DNA of 43,642 nucleotides from Octopus sinensis (lineage: Eukaryota). Made by a program: the position numbers and the translations under genes. Positions within the stretch are counted from its first letter, which is position 1. Each line of letters opens with the position of its first letter. The stretch spans positions 1 to 43,642 of the forward strand of contig NW_021834987.1 of NCBI RefSeq assembly GCF_006345805.1. The letters run 5' to 3'. The notes under the pieces were generated by a model. It was not told the DNA's origin and made no database searches. It saw only the letters and a list, made by a program, of their open reading frames with translations. This document shows, piece by piece, positions 35,829-43,642 of this stretch.

Positions 35829-36484
35829 ACTTCCTCAATACAACAGTAGGGGGGAAATGCAAAAGTGCAAAGAGACGATCGAAAAGCAAAAAAAAAAAAA
35901 AAAAAAACTACTATGCAACAGACAGCAAACAGAAATAAAAAATATAACAGATTGGGGGAAAATAATCACAAAATTAACATGGGGAAATGTACAAAAGGGG
36001 GCGTTCAAAAAACAAGAAAAAATACAAAAAAAAAACGTGTAATATGAAACAGGTAGGAAACAAAAAAGTTAAATAGAACAGTGTTGGAAATAATTACAGG
36101 TAGTGAGTAAAAATATCCACATATAAGTTAAAAAAATATACAGTCAAATTAAGAACACACCAGAATAATAATGTGCACGTGGTCGTGTTGCTCTCAGATT
36201 ACTATCGCAAACAGTAGGATTCTTCATGCGACAACATGGAATAAATTCTAAAGTACACGTGGTTCTGTTGCTCTTTGGTTACTTTCACAAACAGTAGAAG
36301 GTATCTTCAGGTATTTGTCGATTTGGTTAGAATAATCCAAATGCGACAACATGAAATAAATTCTAAAATACGAAAGCTTGTGAAAAATGTTGACAGTGTT
36401 CAGCGTGAGAATTACACCAGTATATGAAGTTTCAAACAGTTCAGTTTAAAATATATAATCAAAAATATCTGTGAACCAAATTGA

Positions 36485-37005
36485 AGAGATTTAAATTACC
36501 TCTTGCGCATTTCATTCAGCGAAATAAAGCAATGTTTTTTTCTTTCTCTCTGAGGAAATATATTACTGTAACTCAGCAATGTTGTATAGAAGCAGGATTA
36601 TACGTTTGTAGAATATCTTTGCAGAGTCTTTCAAACATGATACATATTGATGATTCTTTAAAAAAAAATACTTTTTAGCCAATTTCAGGCGATTTTCTGA
36701 AAGAATAGGAAAATAATATAAGACATAGAATATGTTTAAAAGGTACAAATTTACGGTACCAATTAATAGTAGTCACGGTGCGCGCACTCGCGATAGTTAG
36801 TCGTGACTAGTCGATCTTTACTTTGTGTTTCTGTTCTACTTTGTTTAAAAAGAATTATTTAGTTTGTGTTTTATTTGTTTCAAATAAAATTATTTACTTT
36901 GCTAGATAGTCGTTGTAGGATCGAGTAGTCACGACTAGCAAGCGCAGATGCGCGTACCGGGACCACGCTTCTTAAATAGTACCCAAATTTACAATTGTTT
37001 TGATA
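36485..37005 (-). promoter_or_regulatory. Orphan ZNF 5' cassette copy 4 (acceptor at about 36697; leader truncated; no finger array downstream)
   Basis: Homologous to 5575-5880 (GAAGCAGGATTATACGTTTGTAGAATATCTTTGCAGAGTCTTTCAAACATGATACATATTGATGATTCTTTAAAA identical to copy 1); interrupted by a MITE at 36755-36983. Confidence 0.75.
36755..36983. mobile_element. Merlin-type MITE (229 bp), same family as 6585-7212, opposite orientation, SINE-free
   Basis: GGTAC...GTACC termini; 9-bp TSD CAAATTTAC at 36746-36754 and 36984-36992; the paralogous empty sites near 5840 and 14412 carry a single CAAATTTAC. Confidence 0.9.
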
Positions 37006-38112
37006 AATTGTAGACGTAAACCTTAAATTATAAATGAATGAGATACAGTAATTATAATAGCGACCCCTGGATATTAAATCCTTAACAAAACTCTATCACC
37101 CTCTCTCAAACATATATATATATATATATATATATTTTATTTAGTTTCAGCTCACGAGCTGTGGCCATGCTGGGGCACCGCCATTAATGTGAAGTTTTCA
37201 CGGCGAAGGTAAAGAATACGCACACCTGGTGTTTAGGAACACGACGAAAACGGGTTGTGCGTTTTCTTTACCCCTGCAAATTGAAACACGATGGGGAGGG
37301 GTCAACGGAATCCAGAGATTTATTTAAGGAATGGATAACAGCTCTCATACGAAAGAAAGAAAGATAATAACTAGGCCTAACTTCGGTATAAGTACCGGAT
37401 ATATTTCAAGAACGTGTTTTTTTTTTATATGGAGGGTTTAGGGTTTAGGAGGAAAGGGTTTGTGTTATCTTCAGAAATGTACACAAAGTCACGTGTGTAC
37501 CTATACCGAAGGTTCGCCAATAATTACATTATTGTGTACCAAAATGCATGCAAATAAAGATAATTATGTGTTGGAGTGATGCAACAAAAAAAAAAAAAAG
37601 GGTTAATACTCACTAATAATCAGACGCCCTTACTCGCCAAAAAGGGTTACGGGTGCGTTTTCTTTACCCCTGCAAACTGTAACACGATGGGGAATTAACA
37701 CGTTGTGCAAATGGTGATTTGTCACGGTTAATTTTAAGTGATATGTGTGTCTAGAAGGAAAAAATCAGCCTCTCGCTACATGTGGTTAACGAACACTGGG
37801 ACGGAGTAAAAATGACGGATTAACTCGTCAACGTCAAAACAGCAACTAAAGTTGACCTCTCCGGTTTTGGCGCTAGTTGCTATGTGTATCCTTCCGCCGC
37901 AAGCTACAAGTGAGCGGAGTAACGTACCCTTGTACGAAATAGTTCGATGCCAGTGTACATAAGTATAACCAAAACTGCAATGGAATATCTAAAAGAAAGA
38001 AGGCTGTGACCATGTATTTTTGTCTTTGTTTAGTGAGATAATTTCTCTTGCACATTTCATTCAGTAAAATAAAATTTTTTTTTTCCTTCCAGAGGAAATA
38101 TTTTACTGGGCC

Positions 38113-38190
38113 AAAATAATTCTATAATTTTATACACACGCTTTCCGTACGTATACGGAAAGCGTGTGTATAAAATAATAGAATTATTTT
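38113..38190. repeat. Hairpin (about 37-bp arms, 4-nt loop), followed by (TTAGGG)2 at 38282
   Basis: AAAATAATTCTAT..TTTTATACACACGCTTTCCGTA-CGTA-TACGGAAAGCGTGTGTATAAAA..ATAGAATTATTTT. Confidence 0.85.
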
Positions 38191-38457
38191 GTATGCTAAT
38201 TGTTTAAATTATTTTCCATTGCTTTAGTTTTTTTTTACACGCGTAACAATTAAATTAATTTAACAATTAAGAAAAAAAAATTTAGGGTTAGGGTTAGTTA
38301 CAGGTTGTTGTCTCAGTTTTAGACGCAGCAAATGATTTTAGCTCAAAAGAGAGCATAGGATTGGTTAAAATTCGAAAAATTAAACTACGTTAAACAAACA
38401 AATTACAATTTTCTCAAGAAAGCCAAGTGAAAATAATGTTTTCTTTTGACACATATA

Positions 38458-38869
38458 GGCACAGGAGTGGCTGTTTGGTAAGTAGCTTGCTAACCAACCA
38501 CATGGTTCCGGGTTCAGTCCCACTGCATGGCATCTTGGGCAAGTGTCTTTTGCTATAGCCCCGGGCCGACCAATGCCTTGTGAGTGGATTTGGTAGACAG
38601 AAACTGAAAGAAGCCTGTCGTATATATGTATATATATATATATATAAGTGTGTGTGAATATGTTTGTGTGTCTGTGTTTGTTCCCCTAGCATTGCTTGAC
38701 AACCGATGCTGGTGTGTTTACGTCCCCGCCACTTAGCGGTTTGGCAAAAGAGACCGACAGAATAAGTACTGGGCTTACAAAGAATCGGGGTCGATTTGCT
38801 TGACTAAAGGCGGTGCTCCAGCATGGCTGCAGTCAAATGACTGAAACAAGTAAAAGAGTAAAGAGTAAA
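38458..38869 (+). mobile_element. SINE family A
   Basis: Same head, body and tail. Confidence 0.88.
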
Positions 38870-39031
38870 ATTCTCCCAGTATACGAAGTTTTAAAGTGTT
38901 TAGTTAACAAGAAATTTTGTTGAAATCTGGCCTTCAAAAGGAAAAGATCCCTTTTCGGTTTCACCAGCAGTTTTTAAAAATAATATCCACGTAACTAAAA
39001 AATTTTAAACTTCGTATACAGGTAGAATGTG

Positions 39032-39460
39032 GGTACTACTAGTAAATACTGGTCCCGGTGCGCGCACACGCGCTAGCTAGTTGTAGGTAGTTGATCCTAC
39101 AACGACTTTTGCGTATGCAAGGAAGTTGATTGGCGCATGCAGAATAAAATAAAAGATTTTTTTTAAAGAAAGTGAATAAATTATTTTTTAAAACAATGTA
39201 TATGATTTTTTTACACAAATCAAATAAAAAGCAAAGTAAATAATTTTTTAAACTTTTAATTTTCTTTTATACAAACTAAGATTTTTTTTTGAAAAGTGTA
39301 TATAATTTTTTTTACACAAATCAAACAAAGTAAATATAAAGCAAATAGCAAATAAAAAAATTGAATATCTCACAGTTCTTGCAATTCGTTCGAAAATGCC
39401 ACCAAACAAAAAAATAAAATGTTGAAGTTCATTTGAGTTCCTCGAATGTGAACCATTCTG
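39032..39460 (-). mobile_element. Merlin right-end fragment, inverted relative to 34550-34848
   Basis: TIR GGTACTACTAGTAAATACTGGTCCCGGTGCGCGC; internal matches to the reverse complement of 34550-34848 (TTGAATATCTC-CAGTTCTTGCA, TTCATTTGA...GAATGTGAA). Confidence 0.75.
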
Positions 39461-39509
39461 AACACACACGCATGCATTTATACATATACACATGGATACA
39501 AATTAAATT

Positions 39510-39853
39510 AGAGATAAAACCACAATTAGGCAAATCAAACAGTGAAAAACATAAACCAAAACATAGAAATAAAATTAATTAATATTAATTAATATAATTT
39601 ACAAAATATATAAAATATAAATTTCAGAATATAATTATAATTTAAAGTTAAAAATTTAAAATTATTAATTTATATTTATAAATTTATATATATATATATA
39701 TATATTTATTTTTTATTTATAAATATAAATTAATAATTTTTAATTTAAATTTAAATAATTTAAATTTTGAATTTTATATTTTATATATTATATTAATTAA
39801 TTTTATTTCTATGTTTTTCACTGTTTGATTTGCCTAATAGTGGTTTTATCTCT
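39510..39853. repeat. AT-rich palindrome centred on (TA)n
   Basis: AGAGATAAAACCACAATTAGGCAAATCAAACAGTGAAAAACATA pairs with TATGTTTTTCACTGTTTGATTTGCCTAATAGTGGTTTTATCTCT. Confidence 0.88.
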
Positions 39854-39949
39854 ATTTGTTTATACTGTAAAATTAGATTTAATCCTAAATCTAATTTTTC
39901 CCTGTAAGTTTGGATTTACTCCCTAATATTATTATATTATATATATATT

Positions 39950-40176
39950 TCTTTACTACCCACAAGGGGCTAAACACAGAGGGGACAAACAAGGACAGAC
40001 AAACGGATTAAGTCGATTATATCGACCCCAGTGCGTAACTGGTACTTAATTTATCGACCCCGAAAGGATGAAAGGCAAAGTCGACCTCGGCGGAATTTGA
40101 ACTCAGAACGTAACGGCAGACGAAATACGGCTACGCATTTCGCCCGACGTGCTAACATTTCTGCCAGCTCACCGCC
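39950..40176 (-). mobile_element. tRNA-derived SINE family D (decayed copies at 11325-11530 and 5915-6420)
   Basis: Minus head GGCGGTGAGCTGGCAGAA...GAGTTCAAATTCC, then GCCTTTCATCCTTTCGGGGTCGATAAATTAAGTACCAG, which resembles a widely shared SINE central domain (recalled, not searched). Confidence 0.75.
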
Positions 40177-40585
40177 TATTATATATATATAACATATATA
40201 TACACACATACACATGTGCATGTGTAACATATATGTGTTCTCTTACATGATGGTTGTGATTGTGCATCGACATCAAATGAGCAGTTGTTAGTTTCCAGTC
40301 TGCATAAAATATGTCCTTGCTTGGAAACAGGTGAGGATTGGTGACAGGGAAGGCATCCAGCTGCAGAAAAATCTCCATCAATGAATTCCATCTGATCCAT
40401 TGAAGCATGGAAAAATGAATTTTAAATGATGATGATTATCATCATCATGATATGCAAAAAAAAACAGTTTGATAGTATTTATTCAGCATTACATGTGTTT
40501 CATTACCTAATAGGAATTACAAACTTTTAGACAAAGAGAAAACATGTAAAATATCTCCTATAAGAAATTCTTCCTATATACATAT

Positions 40586-40980
40586 AGGAGTGGCTGTGTG
40601 GTAAGTAGCTTGTTTACCAACCACATGGTTCCGGGTTCAGTCCCACTGTGTGGCATCTTGGGCAAGTGTCTTCTGCTATAGCCCCAGGCCGACCAATGCC
40701 TTGTGAGTGGATTTGGTAGACGGAAGCTGAAAGAAGCCTGTCGTATATATGTATATGTATATATGTATGTGTGTGTGTGTGTGTGTTGTCCCCCTAGCAT
40801 TGCTTGACAACCGATGCTGGTGTGTTTACATCCCCGTCACTTAGCGGTTCGGCAAAAGAGACCGATAGAATAAGTACTGGGCTTACAAAGAATAAGTCCC
40901 GGGGGTCGACTTGTTCGAGTAAAGGCGGTGCTCCAGCATGGCCACAGTCAAATGACTGAAAAAAGTAAAAGAGTAAAAGA
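40586..40980 (+). mobile_element. SINE family A in the ZNF3 3' flank
   Basis: Absent from the paralogous ZNF2 flank (about 12540). Confidence 0.88.
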
Positions 40981-40984
40981 GAGA

Positions 40985-41018
<34 letters not shown>

Positions 41019-41672
41019 CACAAGTGAGTGTATCCTTGTCCAGATATTATGTGATGTCCGTAAATGGCCATCATGACCGTCATACTTGTGCAGTTGTTCA
41101 TTTCCAGTCCTCTGCGTAAAATATGTCTCACCAGGGAAAATATTTCCTTGCTTGGAAACAGGTGAGGATTGGTGACAAGAAAGGGTACCCAGCCCAGGAA
41201 AATCTCCATCAATGAATTCCATCTGATCCATTGAAGCATGGAAAAGCGAATTTTAAATGATGATGATTATCATCATTGTAGTGATATGGTTCCTCTTCTG
41301 TATGAATGCAGTTATGTTTTAATAATTGATCATTTTCATAGATTGATTTAGCACGAATTAGGTTATGGTCATATCTTTCATAATAATAAGACTGTGTATA
41401 ATTAATACACCATTTTGAAGGAATGATTAACTCTTTCGTTACTGTATTTATTTTGAGATGCTCTGTGTTTCTTCCAATTATTTTAAATATAACAAAGAAT
41501 TTAGTAAAATAATATCGTTATCATTAAGCTAGTGTTAGGAACATAAATTGTGACTAAAATTTGGTGGAAGATTTGAATTCAAAACTTATGAAAAAAAAAC
41601 ATTTACACTAAAAAGCCAGAGCCGGTTTCAGTCAGGTTGGTAACGAAAGGGTTAAGCTCTGATATCAGACCG

Positions 41673-43048
41673 TTATGGTTTCTCCTCTGTATGAATATGT
41701 TTGTATTCAGTCAAGATGCTCTGAAGAGAGAATGATTTACCACAGATATCACAAAGAAATGGTCTCTCCTCTGTATGAACATGGTTGTGTACAGTTAATT
41801 GTTGGTTTGTAGAGAATGCCTTGCCACAGATATCACTCTGGTATGGTTTCTCACCTACATGAACATACCTGTGCATAACTAATTGTTTGTTTTGAGAGAA
41901 TGATTTACCACAGATATCACAATGATATGGTGTTTCTCTTGTGTGTATAAGTTTGTGTGCAGTTAAATGGTATTTTCGACAGAATGATTTACTGCAGATA
42001 TCACACTGATATGGTTTCTCACCTGTATGAATCCGTTTGTGTGTAGTTAAGGTACTGCCAGCAGAGAATGATTTACCACAGATATCACAGTGATAAGGTT
42101 TTTCCCCTGTATGAACCCTTTTGTGCGTAGTTAAGCTACTGTCAACAGAGAATGATTTACCACAGATATCACAGTGATAAGGTTTTTCCCCTGTATGAAC
42201 CCTTTTGTGCGCAGTTAGTAAGTACTGCTAACAGAGAATGATTTACCACAGATATCACAGTGATAAGGTTTCTCTCCTGTATGAACCCTTTTGTGTATAG
42301 TTAAGCTGTTGCTTTTAGAGAAAGATTTACCACAGATATCACAGTGATAAGGTTTCTCTCCTGTATGAATACGCTTGTGTTTAGTTAAGCTGTTGCTTTT
42401 AGAGAAAGATTTACCACAGATATCACAGTGATAAGGTTTCTCTCCTGTATGAATACGCTTGTGTTTAGTTAAGCTTTTGCTTTTAGAGAAAGATTTACCA
42501 CAGATATCACAGTGATATGGTTTTTTTCCTGTATGAATACGTTTGTGTCGAGTGAAGCTACTGTCAACAGAAAATGATTTTCCACAGATATCACAGTGAT
42601 AAGGTTTTTCCCCTGTATGAATACGTTTATGTACAGTTAAATAGATATTTCGAGAGAATGATTTACCACAGATATCACAGTGATATGGTTTCTCTCCTGT
42701 GTGAATGTATTTGTGAGTAGTTACCTCACTTCTTTCATAGAATGATTTATCACAAATGTCACACTGATATGGTTTGTCTCCTGTATGACTACGTTTATGT
42801 ACTGTTAAATAGATATTTTGAGAGAATGATTTATTGCAGATATCACAGTGATATATTTTCTCTCTCGTATCAATTTGTTTATGACTGAATAATTCTGAAT
42901 CTTGACAGACTGATTTATCACAGGTATCATGGTGATTTTGTTTCTCATCTGTATGAATGCATTTGTGTCTAGTGAGTTCACCTTTTTCTGAAAATGACTC
43001 TTCGCAGATGTCACAGTCATATGATGATTTTTCCAATTCTTCCGACAT
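41673..43048 (-). pseudogene. C2H2 zinc-finger gene ZNF3, frameshifted at about 42215 (277-aa truncated ORF; about 457 aa and 16 finger units if repaired)
   Basis: ORF 43048-42215 ends SVSSTY*. The array resumes in another frame ([32 protein letters not shown]...) down to a stop at 41673. N-terminus [15 protein letters not shown]. Confidence 0.88.
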
Positions 43049-43507
43049 CTCTTCAAGAAAAATTTAATGAATCCTTCAAGTTTACGCGTCAATAACTTTT
43101 CAAAAATATTTCTCCTCTCACCAAAATTTATGGATATTTTGCTTCTTTTTGCTTTAATAGTTAATTCCAAACAAATATCACTTCTCTTATATTTCTTCTA
43201 AATGTGATCAATGCCAATATTTAAAAATGTTGCAAATACTCTTTGGAAATCTATCAAAGAATATTTAAAAGAGAAAATTATCTCTTGCACATTTCAGACA
43301 CGGAAGTAAAGAAATGCTTTCTCTCTCTCTCAGAGGAAATATTTTACTGTAATTCAGCAATGTTTTATAGAAACAGGATTATACGTTTGTAGAATATCTT
43401 TGCAGAGTCTTTCAAACATGATACATATTGATGATTCTTTAAAAGTAAAAAATACTTTTTAGCCAATTTCATGTGATTTTCTGAAAGAATAGAAAAAAAA
43501 TATAAGA
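43049..43507 (-). promoter_or_regulatory. Conserved ZNF 5' cassette copy 3 (acceptor at about 43481 and leader)
   Basis: Near-identical to copies 1 and 2. Confidence 0.7.
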
Positions 43508-43642
43508 CACAGAATATATTTTAAATAATCTGAATATTGTTTCTGAAAATTATCTCCATTCACTTTGTGCATAGAAAAGATAAATTTGCTGCTTCAATTC
43601 TCCAGAATAACATTTGTTAAAGGACTTATACACATAAACATC

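Noticed and set aside
38282-38296. Interstitial telomere
   Set aside because: Only about 2 TTAGGG units, embedded in a repeat element.

Overview
Eukaryotic (animal) DNA, most likely octopus (inferred from the [16 protein letters not shown] finger style and the SINE landscape). The window holds part of a tandem cluster of C2H2 zinc-finger genes with single-exon CDSs, all on the minus strand: ZNF1 4110-5360, ZNF2 13163-13948, and ZNF3 41673-43048 with one frameshift. They sit in a dense transposon landscape: four tRNA-type or RTE-tailed SINE families, RTE and CR1 LINE fragments, a head-to-tail pair of Tx1/L1-clade LINEs, and many Merlin (eukaryotic IS1595-like) pieces, including MITEs with 9-bp TSDs. 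Three observations stand out. (1) A fourth copy of the ZNF 5' cassette (distal block, splice acceptor, leader) at about 36485-38030 has no finger array behind it; instead a same-strand Merlin-transposase-derived ORF with no visible TIRs follows (35828-34973), a candidate transposase capture or domestication. (2) The ZNF paralogs have near-identical non-coding flanks (about 97% by eye) but almost entirely different DNA-contact residues. (3) The tandem Tx1 copies share ORF2-killing lesions while ORF1 of copy 2 is intact. Everything was read by eye; identities are manual estimates and family names come from motif recognition, not database searches.
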